This document shows positions 40,612 to 53,569 of a DNA stretch of 64,000 bases, in pieces (the stretch's first letter is position 1; the number at the start of each line of letters is the position of its first letter). The notes under the pieces are model-generated. The model was not told the origin of the DNA. It worked only from the letters and a program-made list of their open reading frames with translations, and did not search any database. The stretch is taken from contig NC_043005.1 of the NCBI RefSeq assembly GCF_006345805.1, positions 2,108,001 to 2,172,000 of the forward strand, in the 5' to 3' direction. The DNA is from Octopus sinensis. Taxonomy: Eukaryota. Position numbers and translations under genes: made by a program.

Positions 40612-40682
40612 GTCTATCTATCTATCTATCTATCTATCTATATGTATATGTATATGTATATATATGTATATATGTATATATG

Positions 40683-40714
<32 letters not shown>

Positions 40715-40825
40715 TATATGTGTACGTATATATATATATATATACATATGTATGTATGTATGTATATATATATATATATATATTTATGTATATATATATA
40801 TTACAATTTAAAATTGTATATATAT

Positions 40826-41029
40826 ATACAATTTAAAATAAGGTGATTATAATCAAAATAAGCAACAAGAATATCCAGAGGTAATGCAGTACGATCGTTT
40901 AATGCGACTCCATTTAATTGAACAATGCACTGTTCAATTAAATGGAGTCGCATTAAACGATCGTACTGCATTACCTCTGGATATTCTTGTTGCTTATTTT
41001 GATTATAATCACCTTATTTTAAATTGTAT
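40826..41029. repeat. Perfect fold-back: 99-bp arms, 6-nt loop; PLE terminal-repeat derived
   Basis: 40826-40924 is the reverse complement of 40931-41029; shares ctccatttaat(t/c)gaacaatgca with 27381-27402. Confidence 0.9.
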
Positions 41030-41100
41030 GGATAATACCATACCAAATTCTGGTGCCTTCAACTTAAGTACCATATTCATCTGAATCTAAATTTTTACTG

Positions 41101-41133
<33 letters not shown>

Positions 41134-41134
41134 T

Positions 41135-41944
41135 ATGTGAAATAGAAAGATGAATAATCTTGTAGTAGATTAATCAAAAGTTTAACCGATACCTTAGTAG
41201 CAAAAATCACAGCAGTAAACAGCACGGTTGGAGGTACAACCATATGGTGTTGCAACCGTGCGTTGGTGCGGATAATTGAAATTAAAACATTATTGGTGAA
41301 TTGAAGAAATGGAGCTGAACGCAGATTGAACAGAAATCGTTTTATTTCATTCTACACGTGTTTCGAAAGGCACAAATTACCAAAATCCGATTGAATAATG
41401 GGACCATATTGTGTCTTTCTCTTCAGGAAGAAAATAGGAAATCCGTTGGAAAAACAAAAACAGAACAGAGGCGGAGCAAAAACAAATCGAACTATGCTCC
41501 TAAGAGCCCATGGCGAAACTGTTTATCAGTGTATGTTGAGAACCGGTGGCTGAAGAATTCAACGGGTCATGCATCGGTCAATCATGTGGGTAAATAGTCA
41601 GAACTTTATTCTCGGTCACAAAGAACATCTACACACCCTCACCCACATGATTGACCGATGCATGACCCGTTGAATTCTTCAGCCACCGGTTCTCAACATA
41701 CACTGATAAACAGTTTCGCCATGGGCTCTTAGGAGCATAGTTCGATTTGTTTTTGCTCCGCCTCTGTTCTGTTTTTGTTTTTCCAACGGATTTCCTATTT
41801 TCTTCCTGAAGAGAAAGACACAATATGGTCCCATTATTCAATCGGATTTTGGTAATTTGTGCCTTTCGAAACACGTGTAGAATGAAATAAAACGATTTCT
41901 GTTCAATCTGCGTTCAGCTCCATTTCTTCAATTCAATAATGTTT

Positions 41945-41946
<2 letters not shown>
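41135..41946. mobile_element. Non-coding fold-back element (about 307-bp arms, 49-bp spacer) carrying hammerheads; PLE pLTR-like
   Basis: 41283-41591 versus 41641-41946 appear identical by eye except a 3-bp indel; flanked by (TA)n. Confidence 0.85.
41797..41888 (+). ncRNA. Type I hammerhead ribozyme motif (mirror copy at 41344-41435 on the minus strand)
   Basis: attttcttc-CTGAAGA-gaaagacaca...tgtgcctttc-GAAA-CACGTG-TA-gaatgaaat: canonical core, 8 of 9 bp in stem I, paired stem II, palindromic stem III. Confidence 0.85.
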
Positions 41947-41976
<30 letters not shown>

Positions 41977-41983
41977 ATATATA

Positions 41984-43249
41984 TTGGGTCATCCTTTAAA
42001 TAATGCAGCTTTTCCAATTGCATGACCTAAAAGCCGGAGGGGGGACGGGATGAACTTCCTGCTTCAACTTGCTATAAAATCATGTAGCAATTTTACAAGT
42101 TATTTATTTTTAGTACAAGTTTTGAAGAGTGCAGTTCGATTTTATGTTACTTTTTCAAAGCTAAAATGGAAGTGACAAAGAAGTATATACGGTATATTTT
42201 GCTTTATGAGTTCAATAAAGGCAACAACGCAACAGAAGGTGCAAGGATAATTAATGCAGTATATGGAGATTGGACAATAAGCGTAAGCCAGTGTCAATGT
42301 CAACGCTGGTTCCAGAAATTCCGAGCCGAAAACTACACCCTAGAAGACGAGCCACGTCTTGGAAGATCTGTAGAGCTCGACAAGGACGTCCTGCAAAACT
42401 TAGTGGAACAAAATTCGGTCCTAACTGTTGAGGAACTAGGAGAGGTGCTTGGATTTGGTCATTCAACCATTCATTGACTCCTGCGTGCAATCGGAAAAGT
42501 CAGCAAATTAGGTCCATGGGTTCCTCACAAACTTTCCGAGTCTAATCGTGCGCAGAGAGTGAATGTGTGCTCTTCTTTGCTGTCACGTCTCACGAATGAA
42601 CCTTTTTTGCACAGAATAGTACCTGGTGTCGAGAAATGTGTTCTCTCTAAAAATGTCAAGTGCCGAAGAGAGTGGGTAGAGAAAGGAGAAACACTGGCAC
42701 CCCGGGCTAAGGATCTTCTTCACTTACATAAGGTGTTGTTACTTGTTTTGTGGGATATGAAAGGTTTAATCGACTTTGAACTTTTAAACACCAACCAAAC
42801 AATAATAAAGGAGATCTACTGAGAGCAACTTGAGCGGCTTAATTCAGCGCTAGAAGAAAAACGGCCACCTTTGGTTTCAAGAACAAAGGTGTTCTTCCAT
42901 AAGCATAATACTCGGCCAAAGGCTGGAGTAGTTTGAATGAGAAACGATGCCCCACCCACCATATTCGCCGGACATTGACCCATCTGATTATAATTTATTC
43001 CGCAGTTTTTAAAATCATTTGGACGGAAAAAATATGAATTCTGTAGACGAGGTCAGAACAGTACTGGAGGAGTAAATTTCGTGACGGACAAGCGAATCTT
43101 GAAAGAGGGGCCTTGCAAGTGTACAAGATAGACGGAAGAGCATTGTAGAAAATGAATGAGAGTATGTTTTAGACGAAAAAAGAACTTTATTATCTTAATG
43201 TTGAAAAATAAAAGTATAAAAAAACCGCATTATTTGTGGGATGACCCAA
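41984..43249 (+). mobile_element. Full-length decayed mariner transposon
   Basis: TIRs ttgggtcatcc(ttt/cac)aaataatgc with TA TSDs; transposase remnants (HTH, WVPHKL, YSPDIDPSDY) broken by stops. Confidence 0.93.
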
Positions 43250-43376
43250 TATGTGTGTGTGTGTGTGTGTGTGCATATATAAACGTGATGGTTATTGAAC
43301 TTTTGTCATTCATACTTCTAACTTCTTCGCTCTAAATCACGTGAAGATGTTCCTTTGAAAATTCGCCTCTAAGAAT

Positions 43377-43423
<47 letters not shown>

Positions 43424-44807
43424 AACGCACACATGCACATATGCACGCACACATGCACATATGCAAGTACACATACACACGCACACAAACACGCCTCACC
43501 TCATACGGCTCTGAACTCGCGTTCAGGTGTATTGCATAATGACGCCGCTTTAAAGCGTTCGTGTTGAAACAATTGTAGCTTTACTTTCTAAATCGTGCAA
43601 CGTCGTGAATACTTATTTCTAAACAAGCTGTTATCGTATAATATGTTGTATATTCTCTGTTCGGTTTTTCCATTTCATTTTTATCGATACCTGGTCACTG
43701 TTTTGTTATCGTTTGATCACTTTGTATTCATAAAGCTTTTAAGATTTCATCATTGACACTTTTAATAGCATCAATCTGCTATTCTTACCATTTTTCACCT
43801 TCTTTGAATCAATATTTCTTTCTAATATGGCTGTCGACATTCTCCTCAACGTTGTCATGTTACTTTTTATATTGCTTTTCGTCCAGTTTTGCTTCAGTCC
43901 CACACTACACGGCTGACATCTAGATCTACTTCACGACCAAGTCAACTTTTAATATTTTTTAATCAATTTGTATTCAAGCAAGATCATATTCTTATACTTT
44001 AACTCCTCCATCTCTGACTAATACCAATTGATTTTCTCCAATTATATTTTTTTTTAATTGACAAACTGCACCTCAAACTCTTTCTCCAGTTTTTCCGTGT
44101 TTTCTTGTATTTCATAAACTTTCTCTAATCACCTGTATTCACGTGATTTCACTTAATGACACATAAAGTTTCTCTTTATTTTGACAGAACATTTCAAATT
44201 CGTAATTCCTGTTTGTCGATAAATTCTGTTAATGATTTAATTAATTTCTTAGGTGAACCATTCGTCCAGACTTTATAGCTATTTTCCTTAATATATTTGT
44301 TATTGCATACATTGGAGCGACGAAGCGAATTTCGATATTTCCTTGACAGTATCAATAGACTGAAGAATTTTAAAAACTGCACCCAAGAATTCTTTTTATT
44401 TCAAACTAGATTTTGGGACAACCCTATAAAATGTAGAGTATTTTCTGAAATTGTGACATTTTTATCTCAATATTTGCAAAATCAAACATAAATTAATATT
44501 TGGTTTATATTTTTGTGATCATCTTCCCCCAACTTGTTTTGACATTAATTTCATAAAAGAATCTATTTAAAAAAGGAATTGTATAATTTTTAAGTCATAA
44601 AATATTCCATTTCTTTAACTATAAGAAATACTTTCTATTGTGCCAAACTTGAAGAATGTGGAATGATGACAAACATTTTGGAGGCCGATCGATTCTTCTG
44701 TATAACCTAAATGTCCAACGAGGATCATAAAGTCTATTTTTTGCTTTCTGCTGTTGAAGTTAACCCCTCACCCATTTTACTGTTGCAAGTATAAATAATA
44801 CATACAT

Positions 44808-45225
44808 AGGCGCAAGAGTGGCTGTGTGGTAAGTAGCTTGCTAACCAACCACATGGTTCCGGGTTCAGTCTCACTGCGTGGCATCTTGGGCAAGTGTCTT
44901 CTGCTATAGCCCCGGGCCGACCAATGCCTTGTGAGTGGATTTGGTAGACGGAAACTGAAAGAAGCCTGTCGTATATATATATATATATATGTATGTGTCT
45001 GTATATGTTTGTGTATCTGTGTTTGTTTCCCTAGCATTGCCTGACAACCGATGGTGGTGTGTTTATGTCCCCGTCACTTAGCGGTTCGGCAAAAGAGACC
45101 GATAGAATAAGTACTGGGTTTACAAAGAATAAGTTCCGGGGTCGATTTGCTCGACTAAAGGCGGTGCTCCAGCATGGCCGCAGTCAAATGACTGAAACAA
45201 GTAAAAGAGTAAAAGAGTAAAGAGT
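44808..45225 (+). mobile_element. Full-length SINE family A
   Basis: Collinear with 28678-29073. Confidence 0.9.
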
Positions 45226-45662
45226 ATAGGTTTTTTGTATGTAGGGTTTTCCCTACCTATTTAATCTTTATATAAAAGTGGTAGTATTTTGTCTATTTAT
45301 TTATTTTGATTCCCCAGCTGCCACAGTGATTAAATTGACTTGCAACACTGTACGCGATGAACCTCCAATACCGAACAAACTTAATCCATATTTATACTGC
45401 ATTATACTTTAGCAAGCTTACATTTACTTATTTTGAATTACTTGAAAGGTGATGTTCTCTTCTCTCTCTTCTATTTGTGATACCTTTATTTACCTACCAA
45501 AGGGTAGTTTCACTTTAAGGATGCGTAGTTACCCATCCATTATGAAATTTTGACTTCTGTCCATTGTTTCAAATACGTCTTAGCATTGTCGTTCTACATA
45601 CATACATACATACATACATACATACATACATACATACATACATACATACATACATACATACA

Positions 45663-45695
<33 letters not shown>

Positions 45696-46659
45696 GAGTA
45701 TATCTGCAACCAGGAACGTCGTATTGCCAATATGTATCCTCACTGTTTGTAATTTACTCTAGGTTTTTCTATTTTGTCGAGGAATAATTTTCAGAAAAGA
45801 TTTGCCCCCCTACTGTAACTTTCTCAGTGATTTCCACTGGATATACGGCTGGGACTGAGAGATTAGTTAATCAGCTCAGTACAAGGCCAATAGTTGTGGC
45901 CACGTTGGCACTGAATGATTACTGAATTTGCTGAGTACAAAGTGCACAGTTGTAGTGCCTTCTGGGGCTACAGAATAAAACAGAATCATGCAAGGTGAGC
46001 CAGATAATTTCAGTTGAAGAGGGAGATCTTTGCGGTTGTTTAATTTATTGTGGCTGGAGGTTTCTGTCGCCGTCATTTGCTAATTCTCCTCATCTCCTAA
46101 ACATCTGAACTCTTCTTCACGATGTAACATAAAACATCATTTGATCCTTCCTTTCTGGGTATTAATACCATTATTGGTATTTGTAGTAGCAGAATGAAGT
46201 ATTAACATACTTAATGTGGCTGCGATGTCATCCATTAATTGCGACAACATCTACATAGATGAATAAAGAATAATGAATAATGCTTAATACTAAACAACGG
46301 GAACATTATTGTATGGAAATAAAAAATCAGAGGTGGCAATCACATCGAATATTTTAATCACATTATTGAATTTTTTTCATTTACTTTGGACGCCACCAAA
46401 AATACAAAACATGCACGTATACACACACACATACACACGCACACACACACAAACACTGATAGTAGGTTAATTCTGTTGAATGGGGAAGGAGGATATTTCC
46501 TCTGAGGAGCGGTTAATAGCTGTGAAATGGTCCGGCAGGAGTCTCCCTCTTTGCGTGTTATATAAAAATGTGTTTACATTTTATATAACAAACAGTGAGG
46601 CTATATAATATCTAAATATATTTTAACGCTCGGGAGTGACACTGTATTGTGTGTGTGTT

Positions 46660-46689
<30 letters not shown>

Positions 46690-46690
<1 letters not shown>

Positions 46691-46810
46691 CACATGATCA
46701 CATGACCGACCAGACCATCAGATGTTGCTACACATCGATGGTCACAATGCGTTCGCATTGTTTTAGCCTTCGAATGACGCCACCCCGCTGGCTAAGCGAG
46801 CAGGCCAATA
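46690..46810 (-). mobile_element. SINE family B 3' fragment
   Basis: Near-identical to 58995-59110. Confidence 0.8.
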
Positions 46811-46815
46811 TATAT

Positions 46816-46872
<57 letters not shown>

Positions 46873-47199
46873 GTATGTTTGTGTGTATGTATGTACATAT
46901 GTATGTATATGTATGTGTGTATGTGTATATATATATATAAATATAAATATATATTAATGTATGTATGTGTATATACAGAGAGAGATGGAGAGAGATGGAA
47001 AAAGAAAGAGAGAGAAAGAGAGTAGCAGCCAGAGGTAGGGTGGGCAAAAGAGGAAAGGCTTGTTTATTCTTGGCAATATTACAACAAAACCATCGACAAT
47101 ACCAGCAGCCAAAACGGATGTAGTAATAAATATCACAATAACAACAGCAGAAGAAGCAACAGTACCACCACCACCACCACCACCACCACCACCACCACC

Positions 47200-47231
<32 letters not shown>

Positions 47232-47799
47232 CAACAATAACAACAACAACAACAACAACACCTCCACCATCATTGCAACAACAACAACAACAACAACAAT
47301 AACAATAACCGACGCGACAATCCATTGATTTTATCGCGTTCCATTTGGAGCGGAAGGTCAGAGCCGATTGGAAGTTGTTCTTCGGTAAATCTATCGAAAT
47401 TTCAATAAAAAATGGTAAATGTGGCACCCGTAAATGGGTCAAGTCTTCACAAGGAGCTCCAGGGCCGCATTTCGCATTATGATCAGGATAATCCTGAATT
47501 TGTAAGGGTCATTTATTGATCCTACTTTGGGGTATTCATCGTTGGCCACTCGAGACAAGTTGTTCCCATCAGGACCCCATATGACCCGTAGGGGACCAGA
47601 AAAGATTTCAGATTCGTTGAAATTTATCGACAATCTATTTGTTTTACTTTAATTAACAATTCTTTTAATACACTTCCTAATACTAATTATAAAAATATAA
47701 TGGGATTTTTGTTTAATATCGAATGGTTATAAGGGATCATCCAAGTAAAACAGACACGAAAGGGATCCATTGGCAAAACATGGCTGCGAACCACGGCTC

Positions 47800-48080
47800 G
47801 ACAACGCATTTCAAGATTCTGTCAACGAATTGTGCCGTTTATTCACATTTTTTTCATTTATTCAGTTTGATTTCAGTATCAGCTTCCATACTTTTTATAA
47901 TTCCCTCCCCATTCTTTCCTCTCACCATCGTCGCATTGTTTTTTTGTTGTATACGTCATGGCCTGGTAATTCTTATATCAATATCAGTCTTCCGTAATGT
48001 AATCAGTGACTTTGAGAAGCACGAAAGTAATGTTTATTCGGAATTCCCCGGTCGTTATACAAACACATTATATGTCGTTT
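47800..48080 (+). mobile_element. Decayed PLE-type terminal-repeat fragment
   Basis: ttccccggtcgttatacaaacac resembles ttcccgggcgttatactaatac at about 57175. Confidence 0.4.
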
Positions 48081-48104
48081 CACACACGCACCCACGCACA
48101 CGCA

Positions 48105-48136
<32 letters not shown>

Positions 48137-48344
48137 TCAACATTACACAGCGTTGTATCAAGACATTATGCATCGAAAATAGCAACGTCATCTTGTGAGT
48201 GTTCTATGGAGGAGGAAGAGACCATATTATCTTTCCATCGGATCCTCTTCTGGTTTTTACCTTTTTTCTAACTCGTCCTCATCTTAAATGTTCACCATGG
48301 ACGCGTCGAAGCCAAATTTTGCTAATTTATTATTATTATATTTA

Positions 48345-48737
48345 TCTCTCTCTATATAAAGCTGAAGTTGTCTGTGTATGGCAGGTTTGGTAGCCTTCAA
48401 CTAACACTATCTCCTCCGAGACGCTGCGGCGCAAGTTGACCAAAATTGAGGATATGATAGAAGAAGGTTTACTCTTCTTTCCGTAGAAGATAAAATTCAA
48501 ATCGGACCATGTTAACACCAAAAACTATTTACATAAAAAATGTGCTTTTTTTCTATGAAAATCCCTATTTTTTTACGATTTTTTGACTGCCGTGTCGCCA
48601 TTTTTCCGTGTAGTTAAACCAGAAAAATCTTCACTTAAAGAGAATAACAAGCTACATAATGCAAAATGTTTACTTTTCAAAAATTCCAATTCTAAAGGGT
48701 CGAAACAAACCCGAGCAACGCCGGGCGATACTGCTTG
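48345..48737 (+). mobile_element. Non-autonomous Helitron-like element
   Basis: A|TC start (tctctctctatataaag), subterminal hairpin cccg-agcaacgc-cggg, end CTTG|T (consensus CTAG), inserted between A and T. Confidence 0.65.
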
Positions 48738-48802
48738 TTATTTTCATATTTATTTTACATAAATCCTTGCTGTTGTCATTCTGGCTTTTTGCTCGGGCAG
48801 CG

Positions 48803-48895
48803 TCGTTGTGGACTTTGGCTTCTGACGTTGTTGTTGTTGTGGACTTTGGCTTCTGACGTTGTTGTTGTTGTGGACTTTGGTTTCTGACGTTGTTG
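48803..48895. repeat. 31-bp minisatellite, 3 units
   Basis: ggactttgg recurs at 48810, 48841 and 48872. Confidence 0.9.
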
Positions 48896-49416
48896 CTGTT
48901 GTTGTTGCTTTTAGTCTTTCTATTCTCTTTGTTCTTGTGGATATCGTCTGGTCACTGATGTTCTCGCCACCACTACCGCCACCACCATTTCCGCCGTATC
49001 GTCGGCAGCGACGACAACGGCAACCACTACCACCACCTCATCCATCACAAACCGTACCCCCACCAACATCACTCCCCTAACATCACAAACAAAACCCCGA
49101 CCATCGCCATCCTCCCTACCTCCAATACCAAATCAAGCATCAGCCCTTCCATTATCTCTTCCCCCCCTCCGCTGCCAACAGCATTCTCTACAAACTCCAT
49201 TAGTATTATTATGGTGACTGTAAAGACCAACAACTGGACATTCATACACTCGACTGTCCATTGGTCATTACCTTCAAAGTGATGGGGATCTCCATTACGT
49301 AAGCAATTATCATTAAAAATGATGATGATGGTGATGAGGATGATGATAAGGAGGAGGAGGAGGAGGAGGAGGAGGTAATAATAATAATAATAATAATAAT
49401 AGTAATAATAATAAAA

Positions 49417-49472
<56 letters not shown>

Positions 49473-49504
49473 CATCATAACGAAGGAGCATCATAGCCAT
49501 GTAT

Positions 49505-49810
49505 TGAGAGGAATTCTTTGGGGTTTGAATAATTCACTTCTGGAAACATGGGTATTTCGTTCATCATCATTAAACAAACCTTATTCAGGGATCTTCTGGG
49601 CGGGTTAGGCTACTCGACCTGGAGAAAATTCTAACTGGAGCTCAACTGCAAGGTTATGCATTGTTTGATTTGATATGAAATCACCATGAAACCCACATAT
49701 GGTTGTGATGCATCTGTCGGTGTACCCTTATCAGATGGGTAGTCATGATGGGTATATTGGGCTTCGTATATTTCTACCCTAGTGCTACTTTGATGGCAGT
49801 TGCTGGTGAG
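49505..49810 (+). mobile_element. Family D repeat
   Basis: Homologous to 5845-6375. Confidence 0.6.
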
Positions 49811-49899
49811 AGGGATGAAACGGTATTGCACATCGTTTGCGAATGCCTGAAACTGGCAGAAGCGATTACAAAAGGCAACACGACAATGGGGCAAGAATA

Positions 49900-50447
49900 A
49901 TCTATTAGGAGCTCTGTGGAAATCACAGCCCACAAAGAGCAAAGACGTGGTATGAGCAAACTCCAGAAGGAGTCACCGCGTATGAAAATTGCAAATTCCT
50001 GTGGGGTACAATGACCCAGTGCGATCATCCGACCAAACATCGTAAACTGGACATTGTTGTGGTGAAAAAAGGGAAAGAACATGCATGATAATCAACAGAG
50101 CATGTCCTTATGACAACAGGATCAAAGAGAAAGAAGAAGAAAAGCTGAACAACTACAACGATTCGAAATAGGAAAGTTGTGGTCAACGAGGAGAGTAGAC
50201 ATGATACTAATAGTAATTGGTGCACTTGGAAGTATCAGCACTCAGCTACCAACATGGCAGAAAAAGATTGGCGCAAGTGTGAAGGTAGAACACCAACAAG
50301 AATCAGCATTGCTTGGAACTGCAAGAATTCTTTGCAAAATTCTTGAAGCATGACCAGTAAATAAATGTCACCTTAGTCTGCTGGCTGTGGACAGCTGACA
50401 CTCTCCATCCAGCAAAATAAGCTGTGAGTTTTGATCACATGATAATG

Positions 50448-50481
<34 letters not shown>

Positions 50482-50518
50482 TAATAACTACGACGACAAC
50501 AACAACAACAGTAATAAC

Positions 50519-50595
<77 letters not shown>

Positions 50596-52650
50596 TAACA
50601 ACAACAATAATAATAAATAGACCAGATATTGTGATAGATAAAGAAAAAAAAAGGAAACCAAGATCATAGATATTGCAACATCTGGAGATGCGCGCATAAG
50701 TGACAAAGAACTAAAAAATAATGAAAAGTACAGGCAACTAAAAGATGAAATTGCGGGGAATGTGGACTATGAGGAGAGTGTCTGCTATTTCAGTAGTTTT
50801 AGGATCACTCGGAGCTCTAACAAACAGGTTCGAGAAATATGTCAAAGAAATCGGAACTGACAAAAAGGTGCCCTGTCTGGGACAGCTAGGATTTGAGATT
50901 GGTACTTGGATGTTGAATGTCTCCTACGATAATTAACAAGCAAGTATCAAAACTAATAATGTGCAGAAGAGACCCTGTGACAATTCTGTCGTGTGCCTTA
51001 CGATTATCGATCCATGACATGGCTAAGTTAGTTTTCGTTCTCTTGCAGTCTCTAAATACAGTTTTGTCTACATGCATTAAGAACGAATTACACCAAATAC
51101 AGAATAGACAACACATCAGAAAGTGATAAGTGCAGAATTTGTGGACAAAATGGTGAATCCGTATCGAATATTTCCAGTCAATGCTTGCCACTAGCTCAGT
51201 TCTGTACTCTGGTATTTACATTTCAATGACCCTTTGCTATAAAAAATGGGAAAGGCCTGGATTCTTTAATCAAAACCTTAAAAGTATTCAGCCAGGATAT
51301 TGGAACACACATTGGAGTGGATATGAAGAGAGACGGGAAGATACAGTCTGATGCCATCAAATTACTACAAGACAACTTTATTAGATCAGTGTGGGATAAA
51401 AATACTTAGGTGGCCTGTAAGACGATAGGATAATACAAGGAGAAATGAGAGAGAAAATCTCTTTGGAGTATAAGAAGAAAATTAGGAAAGCGTTAGAAAG
51501 AAAATTAAATGAAGGGAATATCACTAAAGCAATAAATACATGGGCTATGACAGTATCGAGATAATTTTGCTCCCTTTTGGAATGGATTAAGACCGAGTTA
51601 CAGAACTTGGATAGAAGAATTAGAAAGCTTCTTGCAATGCAGAGTGCACACCGACCTGAAAGTAACACCGACAGATTCTACTTAGGAAGAAGACGAAATT
51701 ACTAGACGCAGAAGACACCATTAGGAACACGATATTGGGGTTGGAAAAGTATGTTGTGCAGAATGAAAAAGGAATGTTATCGACACCCAGAGATATCTTC
51801 AAAATTATCAAAACTCCAGGAGAATTCAAAGAGAGAAGGAAGAACAACAGAAGAAGCAAATGGGAAAGAAATTGAATTACATGTACAATTCATGCAACAA
51901 AGAATGTTGCAAGTTAAAGAATGCTGTCTCTGGATGACAGACGGGAATCTAAAACTTGAAGAGACCGAAACTGAAATTATAGTCACTCAGACACAATCCA
52001 TTATAACAAATTTGATAAAGGCAAAGATCAACAAACGTTAGTCAGACAACAAATGTAGAATCTGCAGGAAAAGAGACAAAATTATCAATTATCTCTTGAG
52101 TGAGTGCAGTATGCTAGCGTAAAAGGAATATAAGTGTAGGCGTGACTGTGTAGGTAAAAGAGTGCATTAGGATATTACATGTGTGTGCGGCTTCAAAGTA
52201 ACAGAGAAGTAGTATAAACACGAATCAGAGGTTGTAATGGAGAATAATAATTACAGATCTTACGGGACTTCCCCAGAAAGTCTGATTATACTATCGAAAC
52301 AGGAATATCAAATATGATTATAGAGGGTAAAATAAACAAAAGTTGTAAGATCATAGATTTTTTTCAATACCATATTTAAACTGAATAGATACGAAAGAAA
52401 GTGAAAAAAAAAATGAGAAATATCAGGACGTTGTTAAAGAGATTGTGGAAGACTAAAAAAAAACAATTATTCTTGTGATCACTGGTGCTCTTATCGTGAC
52501 ACCGAAACTGCTGCTGAAAAGACTGCAAGACTGCAAGAGATGACAAGAGACTGAATTTAAACATACATGTCAATATGCAGAAAAGCAGAGTTCTTATTTC
52601 TGCAAGAATCTCGAGAAGGATTCTTGAAATTTATGGAAATTCGACTTTCA
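49900..52650 (+). mobile_element. Cluster of decayed REL-LINE fragments separated by (TAA)n
   Basis: IVIGALG..LLGTARIL (about 50200-50345); RPDIVID..VVLGSLG (50618-50860); KCRICGQNGE; LIKTLKVFSQDIG; knuckle and REL remnants to about 52620. Confidence 0.75.
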
Positions 52651-52809
52651 CTAACTCTGTAATTCGCTGCTTTCAAAATAATTGTTTTATAAAAGAAAGC
52701 TTTCCAAGTAGTAAATCTTGGTATCAACTAATTATTATTGTTGTTGTTGTTGTTACTGTTGTTATATACATACAACAGATTAGATTGCTGGAAAAGAAAA
52801 ATTCCTAAC

Positions 52810-53310
52810 ATCGGGCTATAATAACCTTCGATGCCAAGAACCTTCCTAAGCATCAAAGCCGTCCATAATAACACTGTTTTCTGGAGCTCTACTAAACTGG
52901 TTTTTATGCCTATATGCTCTATCCATCTGTTTAGATCTTTAGGGATAGTCCCAATGCACCTATAACTATTGGGATAAATTTTACCCGCACTTTCTATAGT
53001 TCCTGTAATACAATGGTTAGTTCCTGGTACTTTGCTATTTTCTCTATACCTCTCATATTGATTTTCTCATTGGGACACTGTGGAAAGCTTTTTCCAAGTC
53101 GTAGAAGATGAAAAAGATAGGTTTCTGCTGCTCCCGGCTCTTCACCTGGATCTGACGTGCACAAAAGATCATGTCTTGACCTTCTGAAACCACATCGTGA
53201 CTCAGGAAAGACTGACTCAGCTACTACTTGGAGACGTCGTAACAAGATTCGAGCGGTGATCTTGCCTGCGATTGAAAGCAGAGAGATGCCACGATAGTTA
53301 CCACATACAT
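52810..53310 (-). mobile_element. Chimeric fragment: RTE-clade RT joined to REL-LINE C-terminus
   Basis: CGNYRGISLLSIAGKITARIL..PESRCGF..YDLEKAFHSVP followed by KIAKYQEL..IPIVIGALG..LMLRKVLG. Confidence 0.7.
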
Positions 53311-53329
53311 ACACACTCACTAATGTATA

Positions 53330-53452
53330 TATGTGACGGACCTCTTTTAGTTTCCGTCTACCACGGAAGGTGCCAAAGTGCCACTCAGTAGGACTGAACC
53401 TGGAACTATGTAGCTGGGAAGCTAGCTTCTTACCACACACCCACGCTTGCGC
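53330..53452 (-). mobile_element. SINE family A head
   Basis: Reverse complement of aggcgc..gtggtaag..ggttcagtcc. Confidence 0.75.
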
Positions 53453-53535
53453 CTTCTATGTACACAGTCACCCCCCCCCCCCCCCACAATTTTCATACAT
53501 ACACACAGAGACACACACATATATAAGTATATATG

Positions 53536-53569
<34 letters not shown>

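Noticed and set aside
41358-41874. Two near-identical 79/81-aa ORFs on opposite strands
   Set aside because: A trivial consequence of the inverted repeat; no recognisable domain, and the region is better explained as ribozyme RNA.
46954-47302. Poly-P/T/Q and poly-G/V/C ORFs
   Set aside because: Trinucleotide microsatellites; no splice or domain support.
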